Assembly (NCBI GenBank): GCA_963726255.1
Contig: CAVSBL010000002.1
Span: forward strand, 640,001 to 704,000
Length of the DNA: 64,000 nt
Reading direction: 5' to 3'
Origin: Candidatus Bathyarchaeota archaeon
GTDB taxonomy: Archaea > Thermoproteota > Bathyarchaeia > 40CM-2-53-6
In this document: one piece after another, positions 9,426 through 20,817 of the stretch
Position numbering within the stretch: the stretch's first letter is position 1
Layout: each line of letters begins with the position of its first letter
Position numbers and translations under genes: made by a program
Notes under the pieces: generated by a model
Told to the model about the DNA's origin: nothing
Seen by the model: the letters and a program-made list of their open reading frames with translations, nothing else
Databases searched by the model: none

Positions 9426-10847
9426 ATGTCGAAAAATAGCGATGTAAGGGTTGAGAGAGACTCGCTTGGGCCTGTGCGCGTGCCGGCGCAGGCATACTAC
9501 GGCCCTGAAACTGCTAGGGCTGTAGATAACTTTCCAATCAGCGGAATTAGGCCGTTGCCGGAATTCCTCAAGGCAACGGTACTAGTCAAGAAGGCTGCCG
9601 CGGAGGCGAATCTCTCACTAGGCTTATTGGCTGAGAAAGTGGGGCGGGCGATTGCTTCTGCAGCTGATGAGATTCTTAACGGTGCCTTGCACGACCAATT
9701 TGTCGTTGATGTTTTCCAGGCTGGGGCAGGGACTTCCCACAACATGAACGCGAACGAAGTTCTAGCGAACCGAGCCATTGAAATTCTGGGCGGCCGAAAA
9801 GGCGACTACAAACTGGTGAGCCCTCATGACCACGTCAACATGGGTCAATCCACGAATGACACCTATCCAACTTTCATTCGTGTAGTCGCCGTATTGATGG
9901 CTAAGCCACTCATTGGAGCCGTTGCCTCGCTCAAACAAAGCTTTGATGAGAAGGCGAAGGAATTCGATCGCTTAGTGAAGTCTGGTCGCACGCATTTACA
10001 GGATGCAGGCGCAATTCGGCTAGGCCAGGAATTCGCAGCTTGGGCGCGGAATCTGGAGGACGACCTCCAAACAATTCAAAACGCCGTCGACAAGTTGCTG
10101 GAACTCAATTTGGGGGGCACAGCCGTAGGCACTGGCTTGAACGCCGACCCGACGTATGTGAAACTTGCAGTGGAGAACCTCTCCAAGTACACGGGTTACA
10201 AGTTCAGAGTCGCCCGCAATTATGCGGCATTGATGCAATCCATGGCCGACTTCGTAACATTCTCCGCTGCACTGCGCACACTGAGCGTGGACCTAACAAA
10301 GATCGCTAATGATCTGCGGCTCATGAGTTCTGGGCCTGTTACGGGGATTGGGGAAATAACCCTGCCTGCCGTCCAGCCTGGATCCTCGATTATGCCAGGT
10401 AAGGTGAACCCGAGCATTGCTGAAATGCTAAACATGGTTTGCTTCGAAGTCATTGGGAACGACGTAACAATTATGATGGCCGCGCAAGCGAGCCAGTTGG
10501 AACTGGATGTGATGATGCCTGTAATAGCATACGACCTAACCCAGTCACTCCTGATCCTAACAAATGGCATACGGGTATTCAATGAGCGTCTCGTGAAGGG
10601 CATTAAGGCAAATGAAGAAAGGTGCACTGCTTTGCTTGAAAAAAGCGCAGGCATAGCATTGGCCCTCAATCCCTTTATTGGTTATGAGAAGGCGGCCGAA
10701 GTTGCGAAGGAAGCGCTGGCACGTGAGGTCCCCTTGCGCCAGGTGGTGTTGGAGAAGGGCTTACTCTCCGCTCATCAACTCGATGAAATATTGGACCCGT
10801 TCGCTATGACGACGCCCGGCGTCCACGGAAAAGAGAAGAAAAAGTGA
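9426..10847 (+). CDS. Aspartate ammonia-lyase / class II fumarate hydratase
   Basis: GSSIMPGKVNP, KSGRTHLQDA, QSTNDTYPT. Confidence 0.92.
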   Translation: MSKNSDVRVERDSLGPVRVPAQAYYGPETARAVDNFPISGIRPLPEFLKATVLVKKAAAEANLSLGLLAEKVGRAIASAADEILNGALHDQFVVDVFQAGAGTSHNMNANEVLANRAIEILGGRKGDYKLVSPHDHVNMGQSTNDTYPTFIRVVAVLMAKPLIGAVASLKQSFDEKAKEFDRLVKSGRTHLQDAGAIRLGQEFAAWARNLEDDLQTIQNAVDKLLELNLGGTAVGTGLNADPTYVKLAVENLSKYTGYKFRVARNYAALMQSMADFVTFSAALRTLSVDLTKIANDLRLMSSGPVTGIGEITLPAVQPGSSIMPGKVNPSIAEMLNMVCFEVIGNDVTIMMAAQASQLELDVMMPVIAYDLTQSLLILTNGIRVFNERLVKGIKANEERCTALLEKSAGIALALNPFIGYEKAAEVAKEALAREVPLRQVVLEKGLLSAHQLDEILDPFAMTTPGVHGKEKKK

Positions 10848-10855
10848 GGGTTGTT

Positions 10856-13663
<2,808 letters not shown>

Positions 13664-13757
13664 CGCTATTAGGCTTTACGAGCCCTAAAACTTCACCCTC
13701 ATGTATTCGGACGGTTCGTTTGAGACCGGGACGACATACAAGCGTTCCATGCGCTGA

Positions 13758-14147
13758 TTAGCTTTCGCCTATGATTTGCAGCCATACTTCCCGCCTGGAG
13801 CGCGGGCCGTCAAGTTCAACCACGAAAATGTTCTGCCAGGTGCCTCTAACCAGTCGGCCATCTACGATCGGGAACGTTCGAGAGTGTCCAAGAAATGCCG
13901 CGGCTAAGTGGGCGTCCGCGTTATCGTCGATGGCGTTGTGGCGGTAGCTCCGAGATACCGGGAAAACATCCTCGATCTTCGCGAGCACGTCTTGCATTAG
14001 ACCGCTTTCATGTTCATTTGCGATTACTGCCGCAGTTGCGTGGGGTACGCTGATGATGCAGATTCCGTTCTTTATTCCGGCGTTTTCAACGAGGCCCATA
14101 ACTTGAGGCGTAATATCCATGAGTTGCCTTCTATCTGACGACCTCAA
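13758..14147 (-). CDS. YjbQ/UPF0047 family protein
   Basis: PHATAA, YRHN..DNADAH, GTWQ..ELDGPR. Confidence 0.92.
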   Translation of the reverse strand: MRSSDRRQLMDITPQVMGLVENAGIKNGICIISVPHATAAVIANEHESGLMQDVLAKIEDVFPVSRSYRHNAIDDNADAHLAAAFLGHSRTFPIVDGRLVRGTWQNIFVVELDGPRSRREVWLQIIGES

Positions 14148-14240
14148 CGTCAGAAGCTTGCTAATGACAGTCGTTCAACTGCACCTCTATCGGGTGCAGG
14201 TAAAAGTAGAGGGGATTGAAAAAGGGATGGGGAAGCTCGG

Positions 14241-14858
14241 TTACATCCGAGCTTCGCTAGTCGGAATGGGTGGCAACTCTGGGAAGCGCTCCTTCATCTT
14301 TTGCTCAGCCACTAAGTTGGCTTCCTGAAGTATCTTCTGCGACTCGCCGCTGGATGATGAGATGTCGAAGGTGTTTTCAGTAGTTTCTCCAACTTCCACG
14401 CTCAGTTCTTCAAGTGTTTCGTTTACACTGGAGAGTTCTAATGAGACCTCGGGCATCACGCCCTCCAACTGCGATTTTAGTGTTCTTACCACGCCGGCGA
14501 CCGGCAGCATCGTGTAGGCTAGCTGACCGAACTCGTTCACAGCTTCTAATCGCAACGTAACTTGTTCGAGGGCTAGTTCGCTGTGTAAGACGACCTTCGC
14601 TATCTTTCTGAGTTCAGCGCATTCGTTGGCATAGATTGATGCGAGTTCAGTGTTCTTTCCTTGAACCGCTAGGACGCATTTTCCATATAGTGCTTGGTCG
14701 CGTTCCTGCATATGGTATGACGTCCTCTCGAGTTTTCGTTGTTGAACCTTTAGCTTGAATAGGCATTGACTTACGCGCTGTTTCATTGGGGTGGGGTGTA
14801 TTGCTTCCTTGAGCTTTTTACTCCACGGATTTCTCTCTTTGAACATGCTATCTATCAC
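14241..14858 (-). CDS. ESCRT-III/Snf7 paralog (CdvB1/B2-like, no wH domain)
   Basis: IYANECAELRK, LEQVTLRLE, MPEVSLEL, C-terminal FPELP. Confidence 0.9.
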   Translation of the reverse strand: MIDSMFKERNPWSKKLKEAIHPTPMKQRVSQCLFKLKVQQRKLERTSYHMQERDQALYGKCVLAVQGKNTELASIYANECAELRKIAKVVLHSELALEQVTLRLEAVNEFGQLAYTMLPVAGVVRTLKSQLEGVMPEVSLELSSVNETLEELSVEVGETTENTFDISSSSGESQKILQEANLVAEQKMKERFPELPPIPTSEARM

Positions 14859-15370
14859 CCCTTTGTGAGTGTTCCATTCCCGCCGCTTTCGTTCGTTGCT
14901 TTTTCGTGTTCGTTGGCCAAGATCTTCAGGAAATTGCCGAGCCTGCCTTCTTCGAAAATTCGTATTATTGATCCGGTGTATTCGATCTTGACATTGAGGG
15001 ACCGTAGTTTCGTCATCAACTTCTCGATTTCCGACTTGTTCTTTCCCACCAGGAAGACAAGCCCTTCGGGTTCGCCCAGCGAGCTTACTACTTTCACTGT
15101 TTGTGGGATTGCCGCAATTTTCTCAATGATGGCATCTCTTTCTGTGTCTCTCGGGAAGCTGGCGCCAACTAGAATTTGTTCGGCGACTCCAAGTTTCTCC
15201 AGGTCCAGGTCGGCTGTATAGTCCTTGATTACACCGTTCTTCTCTAGCTTGTTCACGCGGTAGGCGACAACATTTGGGTGAAGGCTCAGCTTTCGTCCGA
15301 TTTCCGCAAAGGAGTACTTGGCGTTTTCAACAAGTTCCGCTAGGATCTTGTAGTCTACTGAATCTATCAT
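14855..15370 (-). CDS. Lrp/AsnC family transcriptional regulator
   Basis: IDSVDYKILAELVENAKYSFAEIGRKL..VAYRVNKLEKNGVIKDY HTH plus a C-terminal domain. Confidence 0.88.
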   Translation of the reverse strand: MIDSVDYKILAELVENAKYSFAEIGRKLSLHPNVVAYRVNKLEKNGVIKDYTADLDLEKLGVAEQILVGASFPRDTERDAIIEKIAAIPQTVKVVSSLGEPEGLVFLVGKNKSEIEKLMTKLRSLNVKIEYTGSIIRIFEEGRLGNFLKILANEHEKATNESGGNGTLTKG

Positions 15371-15382
15371 TTCATTCTTACC

Positions 15383-16519
15383 TCAAAGTGCTTTGTATGT
15401 TTCAAACCACTTATCGTAAAGGCCCAGCATTTGGAGCGAAACGCTTGGTTTGCGTCTTCTCAAGATCTCTCTGAAATCGTCCATAGTAATCGGTCGTGCT
15501 TGACCTTGAGCCTTCGGAGTGCTGGCTTCGAATAATTCACGCACGACTCTTGTTTGGGCTCCTTGGAATATGTCACGAAAGTCGCTCCCTGAGTATCCTT
15601 CCGTCTTCTGAATTAGCGTCTCCTGATCTATGTCATGGTCGAGCCGGAGCTCCTTCGCGTAAATGCTAAACAGTTCTCTCCTAGCTTCAGAGTTGGGGAG
15701 TGGGACGTAGATTCGTTTCTGGAATCTGCGTATGAATGGCTCATCCAAGGCCCAGGGCTTGTTCGTTGCTCCAATCACGTATACGTGGCTCTGGCGTTTC
15801 TTGTCCAAGATGTTGTCCATTTCCTTGAGAAATTGGTTGCGGGTTCTAACCTCGCCACCTACTTCGTCTCCTCGAATTCCAACCAGCGAGTCTACTTCAT
15901 CAATGAAAATTATGACGGGGTGTCCTTCCTTCGATGCTTTATGTGCTGAACCAAAGAGTTCAGCGACATTTTTCTCAGACTCACCTAGCCACTTTGACAT
16001 TATGGAAGCAGCGTCAACGCTGTAGAATACTGCATCAATCTCAGTGGCAATTGCAGCGGCTAGAAGGGTTTTGCCGCAGCCCGGTGGGCCGAAGAATAAT
16101 ATTCCTCTCGGCCACCCTAATGGGAAAAGGTCTGGGCGCTTTACTGGAAAGACTATAGATTCCTCGATGGCCTTCTTGGCGTCGTGGAGATTGGCTATCT
16201 CACCCCACTTGATGTTCGGTTTCTCTGCCAACACGAGGTGTTCAAGTTTTGTGGATTGCCCTAGGCTTGGGCGTTCATCCAAGTGCCCATTCTCATCCTT
16301 AAGCTCCTTGATCCTACGCTTGCAATTTTCGACCTGTTGCATGTACAGTCGGGTTTGGGGGGCTTCCGGGTAGAACGTGCAGAGTTTCAGCAGTATCTCA
16401 GCTGTCCGTTCGTACCTTGAAATCGCATTCGATTTTGCGCCTTGCTTATCAAACTGTACTGCTTCGTTTGCGAATCTTGCAGCCATTTGCTCGAGTTCTT
16501 CAGAGGCCGAAAGTTGCAT
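15383..16519 (-). CDS. cdvC: Vps4-like AAA+ ATPase CdvC (MIT + AAA)
   Basis: N-terminal MIT; GPPGCGKT, IFIDEVD, ATNKPWALDEPFIRRF. Confidence 0.95.
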   Translation of the reverse strand: MQLSASEELEQMAARFANEAVQFDKQGAKSNAISRYERTAEILLKLCTFYPEAPQTRLYMQQVENCKRRIKELKDENGHLDERPSLGQSTKLEHLVLAEKPNIKWGEIANLHDAKKAIEESIVFPVKRPDLFPLGWPRGILFFGPPGCGKTLLAAAIATEIDAVFYSVDAASIMSKWLGESEKNVAELFGSAHKASKEGHPVIIFIDEVDSLVGIRGDEVGGEVRTRNQFLKEMDNILDKKRQSHVYVIGATNKPWALDEPFIRRFQKRIYVPLPNSEARRELFSIYAKELRLDHDIDQETLIQKTEGYSGSDFRDIFQGAQTRVVRELFEASTPKAQGQARPITMDDFREILRRRKPSVSLQMLGLYDKWFETYKAL

Positions 16520-16536
16520 GAATAAGCACTCGCTGA

Positions 16537-17316
16537 TTATTCGATTACGACCTTTCCGTTTTCCCGTAGTCTCTGTATGGCAGTTTTCACTTCAACCGGG
16601 GAGGCATGCAGCTCTTCCGCGCATGACTCAACACTCATCTCACCGTCATGCTTTCTGGCGTAATTGTAAACTTGGTCGTCGATGCCCGATTCCATATCAG
16701 GGATCGCAGGTTCGGGAACTGCCACTTTTTGAGTTGCCTCTATGGTCGGAAGATCTGGGAAATGTTCATGCAACTTCTGTTCTGCGATCAGACCAGTCTC
16801 TTCGAGGACTTTTCGCGCTTCTGCGTCGGACGTTTCCACGGATAGCGTGCTTGTCGTTACTTCGCCGGTTTCGTAGGTTAGGTCACCCAGCAAGTTGTTG
16901 ACTTCTTCGAGCTCATCGGCTACTTGCGGAACAATTCCGGCGATTTTTGATTTCGTTTCCTTAACTATGCCCATGACGGGGGCTATGTCGGAGATGATTG
17001 TGCCGAATTCTCCGACCGTTTCGAGTCTGAGGATTACTTTTTCCAAGGCTAGCTGACTGCCCAAGACAACTTGGGCGATTTTTCTTATTTCGGCGCATTC
17101 ATTGGCGTAGATTCTGGCGTGTCCTAAGTCGTTTGAGAGCTGAGCACCCACACAGCGTTGGAAAAGGTCAGTGTCACGTTGGTGGAGGCGCGCATACATG
17201 TGTTCCAGTTTGTCAAGTTGCGCGTTGAGCCTGAATGAGGCGTGCTCTATTCGTTCCTTTAGTGGTACGGGGTGAACCTTGTCTTCGAATTTTCTAAAGA
17301 TGGAGAAGGTAACCAC
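16537..17316 (-). CDS. cdvB: ESCRT-III CdvB with C-terminal winged helix
   Basis: Snf7 core (IYANECAEIRK), FPDLP, wH tail VYNYARKHDGEMSVESCAEEL. Confidence 0.9.
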   Translation of the reverse strand: MVTFSIFRKFEDKVHPVPLKERIEHASFRLNAQLDKLEHMYARLHQRDTDLFQRCVGAQLSNDLGHARIYANECAEIRKIAQVVLGSQLALEKVILRLETVGEFGTIISDIAPVMGIVKETKSKIAGIVPQVADELEEVNNLLGDLTYETGEVTTSTLSVETSDAEARKVLEETGLIAEQKLHEHFPDLPTIEATQKVAVPEPAIPDMESGIDDQVYNYARKHDGEMSVESCAEELHASPVEVKTAIQRLRENGKVVIE

Positions 17317-17328
17317 ATCCTACCGTGG

Positions 17329-18012
17329 TTAGGCTGATTCTCGCATCTTGATTACTACAACATCAGGGATTTTTGGCGGGGCCGAGGTTTCAGTGGTCGT
17401 TATTGAGGCGTCTAGGTTATCGATTGTTTGCAGTGATTCCTTGGTGTTGTCAATGTCCTTTCGCTCTTTTCGAGCGATTTCGAGTCCCGCTCGAATGGAT
17501 CCGGTAACAGAGTGGTATGTGTTCTCGTCGATTTCAGCAGCTGTGTAGAGCATCTTATTGTTCGTTAGGGCTGTTTGAAGGTCTTTGATTTGTTGTTCGA
17601 GCTTTGCTACCTGTTCCTTTAGCGTTTCAACTACTTTTTCGCGTTTTGCAATGATCTCTTTGTTTATGTCCTCGTAACTGTTTCGGAGTTGGTTGTACTC
17701 GGGTTGGTCTATGTCTCCGTCTCTTAGAAGCAGGTCGAGCGCTTGCCTTCTTCTCTTGACGATGTCGTGTTCCCTTTTGAGATCCTCGGCCTCGACGCGC
17801 CACGCCTCTAGTATAATTGGATGTCCGTCGATGACTCTGACGCAACTTATCGGATATTCTGCAACCCCGCCGTCCCCCAGGGCTACTTGGACGGCCTGTA
17901 CCTCATCTTTGATATCCGCTGTAAGCCCCACTAGCTTACCTGTGGGCCGTCCCATCGGATCCTCAAGCGACTGCCCTAGGTACTTTCCAATCTGTTCTAT
18001 GGTCAGGTTCAA
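17329..18012 (-). CDS. cdvA: CdvA cell division protein
   Basis: PRC-barrel-like YLGQSLEDPMGRPTGKLV, WRVEA, coiled coils, C-terminal beta peptide PDVVVIKM; position directly before cdvB-cdvC. Confidence 0.88.
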   Translation of the reverse strand: MNLTIEQIGKYLGQSLEDPMGRPTGKLVGLTADIKDEVQAVQVALGDGGVAEYPISCVRVIDGHPIILEAWRVEAEDLKREHDIVKRRRQALDLLLRDGDIDQPEYNQLRNSYEDINKEIIAKREKVVETLKEQVAKLEQQIKDLQTALTNNKMLYTAAEIDENTYHSVTGSIRAGLEIARKERKDIDNTKESLQTIDNLDASITTTETSAPPKIPDVVVIKMRESA

Positions 18013-18026
18013 GACGAATTGATCCT

Positions 18027-18698
18027 CTAGTGAGAAATTCCGGCTTCGCCAACTTTCGGGCGAGATGCGATCCCGTTGCTCGGGAGGTCTGGGAAGATGT
18101 TCTTCATGTGCTGCTCTGCAATGGTGTTTGCCTCGCCGAGGATTCTTTGAGCCTCTTCCCCAGATGCGTTCACATCATAATTTGACCCGGTGACTTCGCC
18201 TGCTTCGTCAACGACACCGCTTAGAACTTCTCCTATCTGTCCGAGTTCGAAGCCTACTTCTGGCATTACACCCGATATCTGGCTCTTGATTGAGTGGACA
18301 ACGCTCGCTACAGGCGCCATCATTTTGGCTACGTCGCCAAATTCCTCAATTGTCTGAAGGCGTAGGTAGACTTGTTCCAGGGCCATCTGGCATTGAACCG
18401 TTACCTTGGCCATCTTGCGCACTTCTGCGCACTCGTTCGCATACATCATCGCTCGCGCATTGTCATGAGCCATCTGTGAACTCACGCACTTCGCGAAAAT
18501 CTCCTTGTCGTGCTGTTGCATGCGATTAGCGGCTGTTTCAAGCTTGTTTTTCTGAACGTTTAGTCTGTAGAGCGCCGAAGAGATCTGTTCCTTTACAGCC
18601 GGTTTGTGATGGAATCGGTCACCGACTCGTGTGAAAACAGGTTCTCTTTGGTCGTTATCCCAGTCCTTTAGGAATCCTTGGTTCATTATCACTTTCAC
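18027..18698 (-). CDS. ESCRT-III/Snf7 paralog (CdvB1/B2-like)
   Basis: MYANECAEVRK, LEQVYLRLQT, MPEVGFEL, FPDLP. Confidence 0.9.
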   Translation of the reverse strand: MKVIMNQGFLKDWDNDQREPVFTRVGDRFHHKPAVKEQISSALYRLNVQKNKLETAANRMQQHDKEIFAKCVSSQMAHDNARAMMYANECAEVRKMAKVTVQCQMALEQVYLRLQTIEEFGDVAKMMAPVASVVHSIKSQISGVMPEVGFELGQIGEVLSGVVDEAGEVTGSNYDVNASGEEAQRILGEANTIAEQHMKNIFPDLPSNGIASRPKVGEAGISH

Positions 18699-19040
18699 CA
18701 GTTTGTGTTTGCAACAATTCTTCGTGTTTGTTCTGCGTACGCGAACGAATGCTATTCAAATTTCATGCAAGAAAACTGTCAAGATTTAGTGAGTCACCGA
18801 AAGGGGTTTCTCATAATCATCGTTCAGGAACTAGAAGTGCATCATATTCTGATGTAACACAGAAACGAGCTCCGGCCTAGTGTGCGTGAAAGGCAACCAT
18901 CCCGAGCCGGATCTTGTTGATTCCACTAATCTGGCCTAGGATTCAACAAACAACGCTGCGAACCCTACTGTAAACCGAAAAACAGCGAAAGAAACTTGGA
19001 TTTTCACGTCAGACCGTGCGTTCCGGTGTGGCCACCCATG

Positions 19041-19373
19041 TCATATCTTCTTCAGTTTGATTTCGATTGATGAAACGTTTCTCGTGTCGCCACCTTCTCC
19101 GAGCACTTCCGTTCCGATGCTTATTTCCTGGACCGCGAGTTTCCCTGCAAAGAATCTGCGGCGTACAACCTCGACAACGTCCACGGCTGTGCTGATCGCC
19201 CGCCCTCTAGCCTTGACGCTTAAAGTTTGAGCACCTGCCTGGAAATGCATCATTACGGCGGTCGCGTAGGCCATTATAGGCTTCTTTCCAATCAGAATTG
19301 TGTCCGGTGGAATAGGCTGTCGAACCCTCGCTTCCTGCCTTGGTGGGGATGGAGCTGCCTTCTCCTGTGCCAT
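19041..19373 (-). CDS. albA: DNA/RNA-binding protein Alba
   Basis: ILIGKKPIMAY, KARGRAISTAVDVVE, RNVSSIEI. Confidence 0.93.
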   Translation of the reverse strand: MAQEKAAPSPPRQEARVRQPIPPDTILIGKKPIMAYATAVMMHFQAGAQTLSVKARGRAISTAVDVVEVVRRRFFAGKLAVQEISIGTEVLGEGGDTRNVSSIEIKLKKI

Positions 19374-19514
19374 GCCTTCGTCACCTCCTAGTATTGCAAA
19401 GTCCTCTGATGCGGTATGCTTCGCTGGAATGCTTGAGCGAAGATGCGTAAGCTTCAAGCTTCGTATTTGTCAATTTCGGTTAGGTTGCTGTTGAGTTGAG
19501 TAAAGCCTTGAATT

Positions 19515-20753
19515 CTATGTCGGTATGACCTTAAAGGGGAACATTGAGAAGAAGCTAGCCAAAACCACAGCGAGATAGAACAGTAGAACCAGCTTCGGTG
19601 GGTTTTGGTCGGCAATCATTTGGGCGATGGCTACGCATATGGCCGGAACCGCGGCCAAGAAGTAGAAGAGGTATGTAACTCGCTGCCCGAATATCACTGC
19701 AGGGTAAAACGGCAGGTATGTGACCGCGAACCACACCAATGCAACCAAGCTTAGGTCGCTCTTCTTCTGATAGTAGCTGTATGCCATGTAAATCATTGCA
19801 GGGATGGTCAAGTATAGAATGGCGGGATTCATTGCTCCGAGGAATTTGATTGATGTGTAGCTATTCGAAGTGGTACCAGAGCCGACTTGAACGTTTACCG
19901 CTAGGTATGGAATCTGAACTTGGTTAAGGAGCCACTGCCAAGGGCAGCTTATGATTCCGTTCGGGCATTGGGACACTAGTCCTGCGGAGTAGCTCAGTAT
20001 GTACTTGATATGGTCGAAGGGGTTGGAATAACCCACCCACAAACGGTCCATGATTGTGAGCAACAATAGAAAGCAGGCCAGCCAAACAGCAACATATTTC
20101 TCAAACCAGGAAAAGAATTCACTCCAATTCCTCCGTGATGAACGGCCTGTGGTGAACCTTACCAGATGCACGATTACTATGATGAGGATACCTGCTATTC
20201 CGGTAATTTTGGTCAAGGCGCTGAGCGCCATGCCAATCGCGCTCAAGTGGGGATGGCCTGAGAAATACCAGTAGAGCCCAAGCAGAATGAAGGTTAGCGC
20301 GAAGATGTCGAGGATTGCGATTCGACTCTGAATAAAGACAAGATTGTCGAAGGAAAATAGGAAAGTGGAGACCAGAGGGACCATCTTGTATGTTGCAAGC
20401 CGCTTCATTAGCAGGTAGAAGACGAGGATTGCGATTGAACCGAAGATCACGCTGGGAATGCGCCAGCCGTAACCATTGTCTCCCAACAGGTACATTGAGA
20501 ATGCGATCAGCAGTTTTGCTAAAGGGGGATGTTCATGGTTCGGGTCTAAGCCTGGTGGGACATTGACGTAGGGTGGCTGCGAATTGGAGCCTAGGCTTTG
20601 TTTGAGTCCGAGTATGACGCGTGCAACATTAACGTAATACCATTCATCGAAGATTAGCGAACCCGCGGGTTTGTCGAGCCAGATGGCCCGCAGAAAAATG
20701 TCGACGACAAATAGCAAAAGGAAAAGCTTGTCATATAGGCTCCGTAGGCTCAA
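19515..20753 (-). CDS. GT39/PMT-like protein O-glycosyltransferase (start uncertain)
   Basis: IFDEWYYV, EHPPLAKL, GWRIPS, SRIAILD; multiple TM segments. Confidence 0.88.
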   Translation of the reverse strand: MSLRSLYDKLFLLLFVVDIFLRAIWLDKPAGSLIFDEWYYVNVARVILGLKQSLGSNSQPPYVNVPPGLDPNHEHPPLAKLLIAFSMYLLGDNGYGWRIPSVIFGSIAILVFYLLMKRLATYKMVPLVSTFLFSFDNLVFIQSRIAILDIFALTFILLGLYWYFSGHPHLSAIGMALSALTKITGIAGILIIVIVHLVRFTTGRSSRRNWSEFFSWFEKYVAVWLACFLLLLTIMDRLWVGYSNPFDHIKYILSYSAGLVSQCPNGIISCPWQWLLNQVQIPYLAVNVQVGSGTTSNSYTSIKFLGAMNPAILYLTIPAMIYMAYSYYQKKSDLSLVALVWFAVTYLPFYPAVIFGQRVTYLFYFLAAVPAICVAIAQMIADQNPPKLVLLFYLAVVLASFFSMFPFKVIPT

Positions 20754-20817
20754 ATCAAGCGTGAGATTATTCTTTATCGCTCGCCAACCGAGGTTCGCTG
20801 AGTTCCTGCTCAAACTG

